The position numbers and the translations under genes are program-made. The notes below the pieces were generated by a model. That model made no database searches. It was not told where the DNA came from and saw nothing but the letters and a program-made list of their open reading frames with translations. DNA of 35,165 nucleotides from a virus (taxonomy: Duplodnaviria > Caudoviricetes), in IMG/VR virus record IMGVR_UViG_3300044788_000002, positions 1 to 35,165 of that record, one strand, 5' to 3'. This document shows positions 9,384 to 18,176 of the stretch, piece by piece. The first letter of the stretch is position 1, and each line of letters opens with the position of its first letter.

Positions 9384-10373
9384 TCAGGCGACCAGGGTGT
9401 CCCAGAAGTGACCCAGATCCGCGCTGACCAGCTTCTGGTCGAACGCCATCTGGATCTCCACACGATCGCTCTCCAGGTGTTCCATGCGGAACTTCTTGAT
9501 GCGACCGCCCAGGGCCGAAGCGCCCAGGAAGCCGTTCCAGGAGAAGGTGTAGCCCGCCGTCGGCACCTGGAGACCAGGGGACGGAGGAGCGTAGACCAGG
9601 AGACCACGCTTGCCACCGATGAACGAGTGAGCGGCCGTCTGGCCTTCCTTCGCGGTGTTCTCGATGGAGTTCATGACCATGATCTGCTCGACCTCGAAGA
9701 GGTCAGCCAGAGCCTGGAGGCTGATCTTGGCCGCGCCGGGCGCCGTCTGCCCGTACTTCACGCGGTCGATGATGTCCGGATGGTTCTTGAGCGCGTCCCA
9801 GACCGCTCGACCGATGACGAACTTGTTGGGAGCGAAGCCCGTGGACTCCAGGACTCGCGTGATGGCCGCCGTCACGTCCTCGATCGGCGTGCTGTTGGCA
9901 TCGTTCCACTGCAGGACCTGGTTCGCACCCGGAGCCGCTGCCACGCCATCGTGGTCGAAGGTCCAGACAGCCGGCACGAAGTATTTGCTGACCCACAGCT
10001 TCTCGCGCTTGATCAGCGCCTTCTGGCTGATCAGCTTCGTCGCGTCCGCGTCGGGCTGGATGACGCTGTCCACGTTCGAGCGCACCTGATCCGGCACGTC
10101 GTGGTGGAAGGCGTAGACCTTCGCGTAGTAGGTAGGCGTGTTGTCCACGCTGTACCCACTGCCCGAGGACTCGGCACCCGGAGCGCGCTCCTCCATCTCG
10201 TCGCGGTTGAAGTACCCGCGATCGTAGGTGTAGTAGCGGTCCGACTGCATCGGGACCGGGATGTTGGGAAACACGCGGTCCGCGATGAACTGCGCCGCGT
10301 CCTGCATGAACGCGATCGAGATGTTGGACAGTGGGCGGTTGACGTGAACGTCACCCTTGGTCGGTTGAGTCAT
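9384..10373 (-). CDS. Major capsid protein
   Basis: 329 aa; D..V.RPLSNISIAF...FIADRVFP.IPV N-terminus and PNKFVIG..VWDALKNHPDII motif; follows the decoration gene. Confidence 0.92.
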   Translation of the reverse strand: MTQPTKGDVHVNRPLSNISIAFMQDAAQFIADRVFPNIPVPMQSDRYYTYDRGYFNRDEMEERAPGAESSGSGYSVDNTPTYYAKVYAFHHDVPDQVRSNVDSVIQPDADATKLISQKALIKREKLWVSKYFVPAVWTFDHDGVAAAPGANQVLQWNDANSTPIEDVTAAITRVLESTGFAPNKFVIGRAVWDALKNHPDIIDRVKYGQTAPGAAKISLQALADLFEVEQIMVMNSIENTAKEGQTAAHSFIGGKRGLLVYAPPSPGLQVPTAGYTFSWNGFLGASALGGRIKKFRMEHLESDRVEIQMAFDQKLVSADLGHFWDTLVA

Positions 10374-10415
10374 GGTTGGATCTCCGTTGTGTGGTTCTGG
10401 GTTGGTTCCGTCAGA

Positions 10416-10793
10416 TCACGGGAGCAGCATGCGACTGGAGGGGAGGATCTCCACCAGGTCGCCCGCCACGCTGGCCTTGAGGGTCGTGCCCAGCACGTGG
10501 TCGCCCGTCAGCGCCGCGATGGCGTGGCCGGAACCGTCGGACTGGACCTTGACGCCCGGGTTCAGGGTGGCCCCGGAGACCACCTTGAGCTTGCCGCTCA
10601 TGTTGAGCATGCCGACCTGACCCACGCGGTCGATCGCATCGGGCTTGTCCTGGAGGACGCCCACGCAGTCGCCACCGGCAGCGGGGAGCGCGATGCGCCC
10701 GGCGCTGTCGATGCCGACGAAGCAGAACTGAGAAGCGCTCAGGTCACCCGACGCGGGCAGGCTGAGGCTCCGAACTTCCTGTTGAAGTGCCAT
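10416..10793 (-). CDS. Capsid decoration/cement protein (DUF2190-like)
   Basis: 125 aa, Gly/Ala-rich; GVLQDKP...G..V.SD.SG.A...G..L.A..AGD.VE.L; directly upstream of the capsid gene. Confidence 0.8.
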   Translation of the reverse strand: MALQQEVRSLSLPASGDLSASQFCFVGIDSAGRIALPAAGGDCVGVLQDKPDAIDRVGQVGMLNMSGKLKVVSGATLNPGVKVQSDGSGHAIAALTGDHVLGTTLKASVAGDLVEILPSSRMLLP

Positions 10794-10843
10794 GTGTTGA
10801 CTCCTTGAGTTGGTTGCTGGTGTTGGGTTCGGGGTTGGTCAGA

Positions 10844-12067
10844 TCAGGCCTGGACTCCGCACTGGAGGTACAGCCTGCCGCCCTCGTCGGATTCGAGGAC
10901 AGCCGCGCGGGCCTTCTCGATCGTGACCTTGTTGTCGGCCGCGAACTTCTTGGCCAGGACTTCCAGCTGAGCCTCGGGGGTCGCATCCGCCCCGCCGCCC
11001 GTGGTACCCTGGGACTTGAACGCCAGCTTGGCCGCCTCGTTCGCGGCCTTCAAGAACTCGGGAGCGCCGGGGATGCCCTCCAGCGCCTTCAGGATGCCTG
11101 CACGCACCTCGGCGGTGCCGGGAAGGTTGCTCAGCTCGGCATCCGCGCGCTTGACGAAGCCCGACATGGCGACCTTCTCCAAAGCCTCGTTGGCGGCCTT
11201 GCGGTCCTCGTCGGACTTCTTGGCCAGCTCGACGAGTCGAGGGTCATCGCTCGCGCGGTAGACCTGGCCGCTCGCGGACTTGTAGACGATCTTGTTGAGC
11301 TCGCCTGCTTCGCGGACTTCGGCCGCTCGCTCGTCGGCCGTCTTCACCAGGAAGCCCTCACGGGCCTCCGGCTTGAGGCTGTCGAAGTGCGCACGCTGGG
11401 AGGCGTCCAGCTTCGTGATCGCCTCCGCCCGTTCCGCACGGGTCGTCAGGTCCTTGATCTGCTTCTCGACCGCCTGAGCGGCTGCTTCTTCCTGCTGGGT
11501 CATGTGTGTTTCTCCGTTGCTGGGACCGCCGCTGGACGCTCCAGCAGACTTGTTGGAATTGATGATCGAATCGTCTTCGATCATCTCATGAGTGTGGCCC
11601 TCGGCCGCACCAATCATGATCTCTCCATCGAGCAGCCGGACCCAGGGATGGGTGTGGCCGTACTCGGCGCCCTCGGACTTCGTGTAGGAGGTCTCACCTC
11701 CCTGTCCCACGTCATCGAGGATGTGCGTATGGCCGACGGACTCCGTGGTCAGCCGGGGGCGCTCATAGCAGCCCATGTTCTTGTCGGCCGGATCACCCTC
11801 ACGCTTCATGAGGATCGCCTCGGCGGGGACCTGCGCAGCCTTGTCCACCGCGCTGATCTCGTTCATCTTGAAGGAGCGCATGATCCTGCGCTTCTTGGGC
11901 TTGTTGCCATCCTCTGCGTAGCCTTTGCCCATCTTGGGCTCATTGACGTACAAGGCAGCCATCTGCTTCTCTGCATCCGCCTTCGTCGAGTGGCAGCCCA
12001 TCTTCTTGCCCGTGGTCTCCTTGACCACACAGAACTTGGAACCACTCTGTTCGACCTTGTACGGCAT
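10844..12067 (-). CDS. Scaffold protein with a protease-type C-terminal motif and His-repeat segment
   Basis: 407 aa: N-terminal GCH.T...A..Q.AAL..NE module, EISAVDKAAQ motif, three GHTH repeats, then a long Ala/Glu/Lys coiled-coil. Confidence 0.7.
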   Translation of the reverse strand: MPYKVEQSGSKFCVVKETTGKKMGCHSTKADAEKQMAALYVNEPKMGKGYAEDGNKPKKRRIMRSFKMNEISAVDKAAQVPAEAILMKREGDPADKNMGCYERPRLTTESVGHTHILDDVGQGGETSYTKSEGAEYGHTHPWVRLLDGEIMIGAAEGHTHEMIEDDSIINSNKSAGASSGGPSNGETHMTQQEEAAAQAVEKQIKDLTTRAERAEAITKLDASQRAHFDSLKPEAREGFLVKTADERAAEVREAGELNKIVYKSASGQVYRASDDPRLVELAKKSDEDRKAANEALEKVAMSGFVKRADAELSNLPGTAEVRAGILKALEGIPGAPEFLKAANEAAKLAFKSQGTTGGGADATPEAQLEVLAKKFAADNKVTIEKARAAVLESDEGGRLYLQCGVQA

Positions 12068-12471
12068 CAGGGCACTTCCTCATCTTCCCCACGAGAGCCA
12101 CCGATGCTGAACCCTGTGTAGGTCCCATCAGCGAACTTGGCCAGGGTCTCCTCATCGTACTTGGCCGCGATCATCAGGCCGAACTTGCCGCCGGTGTCGA
12201 TGCCGTATGCCTTAGCGATCTCCTCCGTCATCGGCCAGGCGAACACGATGGTACCGCGTTCTCCGCCGGAGTGCATGGCCTTGGCGGTGCGTGCCGAGAG
12301 CATGAAGTCCGTCGCAGCCTTGAGCAGCGCATCCTCGGGGATGTGATCTCCCTGCAGATCGAAATAGGGTTGACCATCGACCTTCGAGACGATCGCCCAT
12401 CCGAGGACGAGTCCCAGTTGGGCATCAACCTTGGTGACAGCAGCGCAGGTGCGGAAGTCGATCTGAGTCAT
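12067..12471 (-). CDS. XkdF-like putative prohead serine protease domain
   Basis: 134 aa; G.V.GWA...D.QGD.I...MH...G...GFSIGG. Confidence 0.85.
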   Translation of the reverse strand: MTQIDFRTCAAVTKVDAQLGLVLGWAIVSKVDGQPYFDLQGDHIPEDALLKAATDFMLSARTAKAMHSGGERGTIVFAWPMTEEIAKAYGIDTGGKFGLMIAAKYDEETLAKFADGTYTGFSIGGSRGEDEEVP

Positions 12472-12486
12472 GTTCTTGACACTGTC

Positions 12487-12515
12487 AGTCTAGTGGGGCC
12501 TTGATCCGTAGTCAA
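12487..12515 (-). promoter_or_regulatory. Sigma70-like promoter for the protease/scaffold/capsid genes, inside an inverted repeat
   Basis: TTGACT(12515-12510)-N17-TAGACT(12492-12487); overlapped by a perfect 12-bp inverted repeat at 12493-12504/12512-12523. Confidence 0.7.
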
Positions 12516-12537
12516 GGCCCCACCCTCGGATTCCAGA

Positions 12538-13089
12538 TCAGGCCGGGTTGCCCAGGTCCAGATAGAACAGGTCGATGGTCCCGGAGACGATGACGGAGCC
12601 GTCGATCGTCGTGGCAGCGGCCACGTTCAGGAACACGTCCGTGTTGGAAGTGGCGAACACCGCGATGTTCGCAGTGGCTGAGGCACCATCGACCACCCCG
12701 CCTGCTGTGGAGTCGATCTTCGGGACCAGGTTCAGCATGGTGCCCGAGAGCACCGCGTTGGAGGCAGCAGCCGTGCCCACGGCAACGTCCACGTTGGCAG
12801 CGGACGTGTCGATCCCGGTGCTGGTCTGGGTCAGGTTCGCCACCGCCCCGAGGAACAGCAGGTTGCCGTTCGGTAGGTCCGCCAGCTTGACACTGCCGTA
12901 GTCCAGCGCGGCCGTGACCGCGACCACGACAGCCGACAGCTTCAGGGTTGCGCGCCGGATGATGCCGCCACGAGCGGTCTGTGTGACGAGAGCTGCCGTG
13001 TTGGGGGTGAGGTTCTGGCCAGCGCGGAGGGTTGCCCCGTCCACCTTGGCGTTGATGAGGTTTGTCGGGGGCTTGAGGTTCGAGGACAT
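12538..13089 (-). CDS. Hypothetical virion protein, beta-rich, possible head decoration
   Basis: 183 aa, A/T/V/G-rich; AGGAG Shine-Dalgarno; inside the head cluster. Confidence 0.65.
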   Translation of the reverse strand: MSSNLKPPTNLINAKVDGATLRAGQNLTPNTAALVTQTARGGIIRRATLKLSAVVVAVTAALDYGSVKLADLPNGNLLFLGAVANLTQTSTGIDTSAANVDVAVGTAAASNAVLSGTMLNLVPKIDSTAGGVVDGASATANIAVFATSNTDVFLNVAAATTIDGSVIVSGTIDLFYLDLGNPA

Positions 13090-13100
13090 GGGTCAGTCTC

Positions 13101-14102
13101 CTACGTGGTGATGAGTTGAGGGATCAGTTGTTGTGCTTCCAGCTTTGCGCGGTCACTGAAACGGGTCGTGACCGCACACTTGCAGTCGATGGTGTCGGCA
13201 CCTGGGGCATTGATGTCTCCGGGCCTCATGAGGTGATTGCCCAGACCGGACACGAAGGGCTCATCCATCTTGCGCTTCTGGCCCTCCATGAACCTGTGGG
13301 AGTCGCGGACGTTGGGGCGCTTCGATGTGTCCCAGGTCCTGACCAGGTCATTCTCGTCCAGGGCGCCGTTCTCCACCGCCTGGTGGTACATCAGGTCAGT
13401 GCCCTCGTGGACTGAGCGGAGGGACTCCGTGCGTGCGATGACCTCACTGCGGTACTTGAGCCACTTCTCGCGGTAGCGGTCCACCATTCGGTCGATCTGT
13501 TCCGCAGTCAGGCTGTTGCCCTCTGCGATGGCGCGCGCCACAGTGGGGTCGAACCTCTTGTCCCTCAGCACCCGCGCGAGTGCATTGGAGTCGAGCTGCT
13601 CCAGGTTGCGCCGGTAGTTGTTCACGATCTGCTGCTGGTACTGGGTGAGTCCGATCGAATCGCGGACGGCAACAGCCATCTGGTTCGGGTTGATCCCGCG
13701 CTGGATCCCATCCAGCAGGGCCTCCTGAGTGGCGAGCCTCTGCTCGGCCGTGAACTCCCGGACGATCCTCAGCTGGTTCTCCTGCATCGCACTCAGAGCC
13801 TGATGGTTCACCGAGTCGAAGTTGACGATGATCTCCAGTTTGTTGCCGATGAACTCTGCTGCAGCTTGGCCGGAGAGGATCATGACCTCACCGAACGTGT
13901 TCGAGAGTCGAAGGGCCGCGACCTCGGCCATGATGATCGCATCGTCGATGCGCCCGAGGATGATCAGGTCCTCGATCTCCTTGAGTGACATCTGGTCCTT
14001 GATGGAGTCGATGACCTCCAGGAATCGCGCCCTGAACTTCGGCTGCATCTGTGTGACCAGCGCGCGAATGCGCGTGGCCGGATCATCGAAGAACTCGACC
14101 AT
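13101..14102 (-). CDS. Head morphogenesis protein (Mu gpF / SPP1 gp7 family)
   Basis: 333 aa; IARTE, W......VR.SH and PGD..AP....I.C.C motifs. Confidence 0.9.
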   Translation of the reverse strand: MVEFFDDPATRIRALVTQMQPKFRARFLEVIDSIKDQMSLKEIEDLIILGRIDDAIIMAEVAALRLSNTFGEVMILSGQAAAEFIGNKLEIIVNFDSVNHQALSAMQENQLRIVREFTAEQRLATQEALLDGIQRGINPNQMAVAVRDSIGLTQYQQQIVNNYRRNLEQLDSNALARVLRDKRFDPTVARAIAEGNSLTAEQIDRMVDRYREKWLKYRSEVIARTESLRSVHEGTDLMYHQAVENGALDENDLVRTWDTSKRPNVRDSHRFMEGQKRKMDEPFVSGLGNHLMRPGDINAPGADTIDCKCAVTTRFSDRAKLEAQQLIPQLITT

Positions 14103-14344
14103 CAGTTGAGCGCGACGATGTTGGTGGCCGTCGTGCCCGTCGTGTTGACTCGCGTGCAGACGATCTTGAGGAGAGTTCCCGCCGGGACCGCAAGGAAGTT
14201 GACTTCCACGCCTCCCATGATCGCACGGACGTTGCCGACGCCTCCCACCCAGAGGGCTCGGGTCTTGCCTGTGGGGATGTTCACGGTGTCAGACGGAGTG
14301 ACGGCCACGCCCTGGGTGTAGGCCAATTCGCGCTTGCTGTTCAT
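14102..14344 (-). CDS. Head spike base protein (RcGTA Rcc01079-like)
   Basis: 80 aa; AVTPSD...TRALWVGG.GNV....G..V.F..VPAG..L.I...RV..TGTTAT.IVAL. Confidence 0.8.
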   Translation of the reverse strand: MNSKRELAYTQGVAVTPSDTVNIPTGKTRALWVGGVGNVRAIMGGVEVNFLAVPAGTLLKIVCTRVNTTGTTATNIVALN

Positions 14345-14348
14345 GGGT

Positions 14349-14717
14349 TCATCTCACTTGACAGGTGTAGGCCGCAGCATCCGGGTCGCGCTCGACAGCG
14401 ACCACGGTGAACACCGACCCCTCAGCCTTGACCTCATCGTTGGGTTCGGGAACCACGCTGTTGGGCAGCGTGTCTCCGAGAATCAGGGCCTTGCGGTCCC
14501 CGCGCTTGATGATGGTTCCGTCGAACTGAGAGGTGCGGTAGGTGTCCAGGATCCCGCGACAGGAGAATGATCGGCGCGTGGGATTGGTCCCTGCGCTGGG
14601 ATCTGAGTTGGATCGGGTTCCTGGCACCACTTTCACTAGTGTCATCGGAGCGAGCAGAGGCCCCATGGCCTTTGCCAGCTGCCCCGAGATGTTGGCGTTG
14701 AAGAGGTTGTTGCCCAT
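14349..14717 (-). CDS. Head closure / head-tail joining protein
   Basis: 122 aa; DGT.I..GDRK..I and DP..A.Y..QVR; follows the adaptor gene. Confidence 0.75.
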   Translation of the reverse strand: MGNNLFNANISGQLAKAMGPLLAPMTLVKVVPGTRSNSDPSAGTNPTRRSFSCRGILDTYRTSQFDGTIIKRGDRKALILGDTLPNSVVPEPNDEVKAEGSVFTVVAVERDPDAAAYTCQVR

Positions 14718-14720
14718 GGC

Positions 14721-15290
14721 TCAGAGCGGCAGGTTGCGGTCGAAGCCGTCGTTGGTGCAGCAAGGCTTGATGGACTCGCAGCCGGTCCCGAACGCCTCAG
14801 CAGCCGATGCTGACGAACCTGAGCCAAGGTAGCAGTTGAGCAGCTCCTGGATCTGCGGCGGGAAGCGCGATGCCTGCGTGCCCCCAGAGCCGTCCGTGCT
14901 GTTGAAGTATTCGACGGAGGCTGAGCCTGCCTGGAGGCGCTTGGTGTTCGATCCCGTGTTGGAGGAGTTGGCCAGAGTCGGGTCCTGTCCGAGCAGTAGG
15001 GCCAGCTCGATCTGTGCGGACTTGATGTCCTCGGGCACCAAGGCGGAGTCCACCGTCTCCCCATTGCACTCGATCCCTGTGCGTGGGAAGTCTGCCAGTT
15101 GGTCCGGGTCCGTCTTCGATCCTGCCCACGGCTGCTTGGCAAGGATCCGGAAGGCACTGATGAGCGAACGGTCCTGAGTCTCCTCATCGAGGAAGGCCCA
15201 AGGCCCGCCTGTGATCGAGTCCTCCAGGTACGTGTCCGCTTCGGCGTTGGTCACGTAGGTGTTGGTGCCGACAACGAGTGTGCTGACCAT
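14721..15290 (-). CDS. Head-tail adaptor (family often annotated 'DnaT-like ssDNA-binding')
   Basis: 189 aa; NTYVT.AEAD.Y, W.G......Q...FPR and VP.DIK.AQ.ELAL. Confidence 0.8.
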   Translation of the reverse strand: MVSTLVVGTNTYVTNAEADTYLEDSITGGPWAFLDEETQDRSLISAFRILAKQPWAGSKTDPDQLADFPRTGIECNGETVDSALVPEDIKSAQIELALLLGQDPTLANSSNTGSNTKRLQAGSASVEYFNSTDGSGGTQASRFPPQIQELLNCYLGSGSSASAAEAFGTGCESIKPCCTNDGFDRNLPL

Positions 15291-15685
15291 CAGGCGTTCA
15301 CCAGGTTGGGCTTGATCGTGAGGTCGAGCGTGGCCACCACGACAGGATTGGCGTCACCGGCCTCGAACACCTCCAGCTCGCAGTAGTACATTGTTTCCTT
15401 GGCTGCGAGCGTGGCCGTGTGCGAAGGGACGAGCGTGACAAGGACGTGCGGTGCCCCCGTGACCGGATTCGGGATTGTCACGGGCGAGCCCGGATCATCC
15501 GAGGCGAAGTCCAAGATGGGGGTCAGAAGTGGGTTTCCGTTGGAGTCTTTGCGGGTCAGCGAGAACTTGACGATGCGGCCCGTCAGGTCGATGATCCCGC
15601 TACCATCGGCATCGGTGATCCCGTTCCATCGAAGGATGTGACGGTTGCCCGCGAACATGCTGTCTGTCTGGTTCTCGACTGCCAT
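15290..15685 (-). CDS. BppU-N-like Ig-fold adaptor protein
   Basis: 131 aa from ATG 15685 (TGATG overlap); IDLTG..V.F....V.L.P..T..L....YY.ELEV pattern. Confidence 0.55.
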   Translation of the reverse strand: MAVENQTDSMFAGNRHILRWNGITDADGSGIIDLTGRIVKFSLTRKDSNGNPLLTPILDFASDDPGSPVTIPNPVTGAPHVLVTLVPSHTATLAAKETMYYCELEVFEAGDANPVVVATLDLTIKPNLVNA

Positions 15686-18174
15686 CAGCACACGCCCCCA
15701 TCGAGGTCGGTGAGGAGATCGTAACTGCCCTCCAGCTCGGAGGCAAGGGCATAGCTGGCTTCCATCAGTGAGATGGTCTTGCGGGAGCCCTCCAGGAGTG
15801 ATGTGGCCTTGTAGGATCCACTGACGAGCGAGACAGCATCATAGTCCGCCTCCAGGTCCACTATGCAGCCCAGGGGATCGAAGGTAGCATTGCCACTGCC
15901 CAAGGTGAGCGGGAAGAATGCATCGGCGGTGCCAGTGAAGACCAACAGGCCTGCACTGGAGGCGATTGGGAGGGGGAAGGAACCAGCTCCCGCTCCAGTG
16001 AAGCCTGTTCCCGTGAATCCAGTGCCACTGGCCAGAGCGAGCGGGAAGAGGCCCGCTCCCGTCGCCTCGAAGATCAGCTCGGCCGCGCCCACGCTCGTGA
16101 CGAGTGGGAAGAAGCCATCCCCTGAAGTGCTGGGGAAGACCAGGAGCGCAGCCCCGGTCCCAGTCGCCAGAGGAAAAGTCCCAGTCGAGGTCCCAGTGAA
16201 CTCCAAGAGGGAGGCGCCTGACCCTTGGGCAAGGGGGAAGACTCCCGCTCCAGAGCCGGAGAATCCCACAGCTGTGACGGTTCCGGCCCCAGTCCCCATC
16301 GCCAGGGGGAAGAGACCAGCTCCAGTCGCATCGAAGATCAGCAGAGCAGCCCCGGTCCCAGTCGCCAGAGGGAAAGTCCCAGTCGAGGTCCCAGTGAACT
16401 CCAAGAGGGAGGCGCCTGCCCCCTGGGCAAGGGGGAAGACTCCCGCCGAGGTCCCAGTGAACTCCAAGAGGGAGGCGCCTGCCCCCTGGGCAAGGGGGAA
16501 GCTGCCGCTGCCCGTGCTGGTGAACTCCAAGGTTCCGGCACCAGTGCCCGTCGGCACTGCGAAGGAGCCAGCACCCGTTGCAGAGAACTCCAGGAGCGAG
16601 GCTCCTGCACCCTGAGCGAGGGGGAAGGTCCCAGCGCCCGTCGCCTTGAAGATCAGCTGGCCTGTGCCGGTTCCAGTCGCCTTGGGGAACTTGGGGGCGC
16701 CGCTCGGGGTCCCGGAGGCAGCTGCTGAGAAGACCAGCTCACCCACTCCCGAGGCAGTTGGGATGCGGAACGAGGGAGTACCACTCGCCAGATGCCAGTC
16801 ACGTTCCAACAGCAACGTGATGAAGTGCATGCTTCCGACTGCAGCACTCCAGTTCAACGTGAACTTGTTGGGCTCAAAGCTGACGAAGGTGGCAGTGTTC
16901 TCCTCCGCTGCCGCGTCCGTCGTCAGGTAGTATGCCTTGGCCGCCTCGATCGAGGACGTGTTTGTGGTGGTCTGAGCATCCTGATCTGTCACTGATGCCG
17001 CGAACTGCTCGCCCGCAGCGTTGAATGCCGAGAGCCCCGCCGCTCCCGCTCTACCTGTCTTGTTGTTGCTCGGCAGAGTGCCCAAGCGGGACATCAGGGT
17101 CATCGCATAGGCCGGGGTCATCCCGGAACCCGAGTACGAGGCATCACCCGTCGCAGCAGGCGTGTCCAGGATCGAGGAGTACACCGCCTTGCCGCCGAAC
17201 CTCAGAGCGAGGTAGCAGAATGGTGGAGTGCCGCCAATGCTGTTGACCGCGAATCCAGTTGCATTCCAGGAGTCGAAGAAGGTCTCTGCTGCGAAGATGA
17301 AGGCAGGCGATGCTGCCTCCGAGAAGTCTGCTGCTATGGCGTTCGGATCCAACGTGACCAGCTGGGACAGGGAAGTACCCACGCTGTCTGGGTTCTGCGA
17401 CCAGTAGGTGTAGCGGGCATCCCCCTCCCGCACTCCGAGGAAGAACTCCAGAGTGCACTGGACATGGATGTTGTTGTCGAACGTGTTGACGTCACTCAGA
17501 CAGAGCAGGACATCCGGGGCGAACCCTGCGGTGATCGTCGTGGTGCCTGCTCCGGGAGAAGTGACCAGGTCCGCGTCCACAGAGATGTCAGGACCAAAGA
17601 ACAGCATCACATCGGTGATGAAGGCATTCGGCGGCAGCGTGGACCATGTCAGCCTGATGCCGTCGGTGATGAGTGCGCCCGTCGCCACTGCCTCGAACGC
17701 AGACCCGTCTCCCTTGATCACCTTGACGAGGGCATCGGTGAACCCGCTGTTGTGGGTCACTGAGCCAGAGTGGGCGTCCTGGCTGGAGCCGCTGATGCCC
17801 CCCTCAAATCCGGATGTCTTGATGCCGACCGAGATGCGCTTGTCATTCACCGGGGAGCCGAAGGTCCCCAAGGAACCCGTCACCACAACGAGCGCAGCAG
17901 CAGGTGTGCCGATACCAGGGACCGTGAAGTCCTGAGTGGAACCCGTGGTGATCGCGCCCGCGCGAGCGATGCGCCAACCCGCGACCGCCGCGACCTCTGG
18001 CCGCTGGTCGAAGAAGAAGTCAGAGGCAACAAGCGGAGCCTCGCGCGCGAGCGGTCGATCCCGATTGAAGGACTCGATGTACAGCCGGTTGCCCACACCG
18101 GACAGCTGGCTGTTCCGACTGATGAGGCCCGCGCTGTACGTGGCGAGCGGGGATGCCGCGATGCCACGCCTCAT
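15685..18174 (-). CDS. Large fibre/adhesin-like virion protein with C-terminal tandem repeats
   Basis: 829 aa; N-terminal beta-rich domains, about 13 repeats of ~21 aa (FPLAxGxGAxLLxFTGTxxGx), then short ~10-aa repeats. Confidence 0.7.
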   Translation of the reverse strand: MRRGIAASPLATYSAGLISRNSQLSGVGNRLYIESFNRDRPLAREAPLVASDFFFDQRPEVAAVAGWRIARAGAITTGSTQDFTVPGIGTPAAALVVVTGSLGTFGSPVNDKRISVGIKTSGFEGGISGSSQDAHSGSVTHNSGFTDALVKVIKGDGSAFEAVATGALITDGIRLTWSTLPPNAFITDVMLFFGPDISVDADLVTSPGAGTTTITAGFAPDVLLCLSDVNTFDNNIHVQCTLEFFLGVREGDARYTYWSQNPDSVGTSLSQLVTLDPNAIAADFSEAASPAFIFAAETFFDSWNATGFAVNSIGGTPPFCYLALRFGGKAVYSSILDTPAATGDASYSGSGMTPAYAMTLMSRLGTLPSNNKTGRAGAAGLSAFNAAGEQFAASVTDQDAQTTTNTSSIEAAKAYYLTTDAAAEENTATFVSFEPNKFTLNWSAAVGSMHFITLLLERDWHLASGTPSFRIPTASGVGELVFSAAASGTPSGAPKFPKATGTGTGQLIFKATGAGTFPLAQGAGASLLEFSATGAGSFAVPTGTGAGTLEFTSTGSGSFPLAQGAGASLLEFTGTSAGVFPLAQGAGASLLEFTGTSTGTFPLATGTGAALLIFDATGAGLFPLAMGTGAGTVTAVGFSGSGAGVFPLAQGSGASLLEFTGTSTGTFPLATGTGAALLVFPSTSGDGFFPLVTSVGAAELIFEATGAGLFPLALASGTGFTGTGFTGAGAGSFPLPIASSAGLLVFTGTADAFFPLTLGSGNATFDPLGCIVDLEADYDAVSLVSGSYKATSLLEGSRKTISLMEASYALASELEGSYDLLTDLDGGVC
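15880..16790 (-). repeat. Degenerate ~63-bp coding tandem repeats
   Basis: Near-identical DNA units visible around 16130-16520 (e.g. gtcccagtgaactccaagagggaggcgcctg three times). Boundaries approximate. Confidence 0.85.
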
Positions 18175-18176
18175 GG

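Noticed and set aside
14721-15290. Replication (DnaT primosome) function for the 189-aa protein
   Set aside because: Its position next to the head-closure gene and the usual context of this family indicate a head-tail adaptor.
15880-16790. Near-identical repeats as a DGR template/variable repeat pair
   Set aside because: They are tandem in-frame coding repeats; differences are not visibly adenine-specific and no reverse transcriptase is present in the window.
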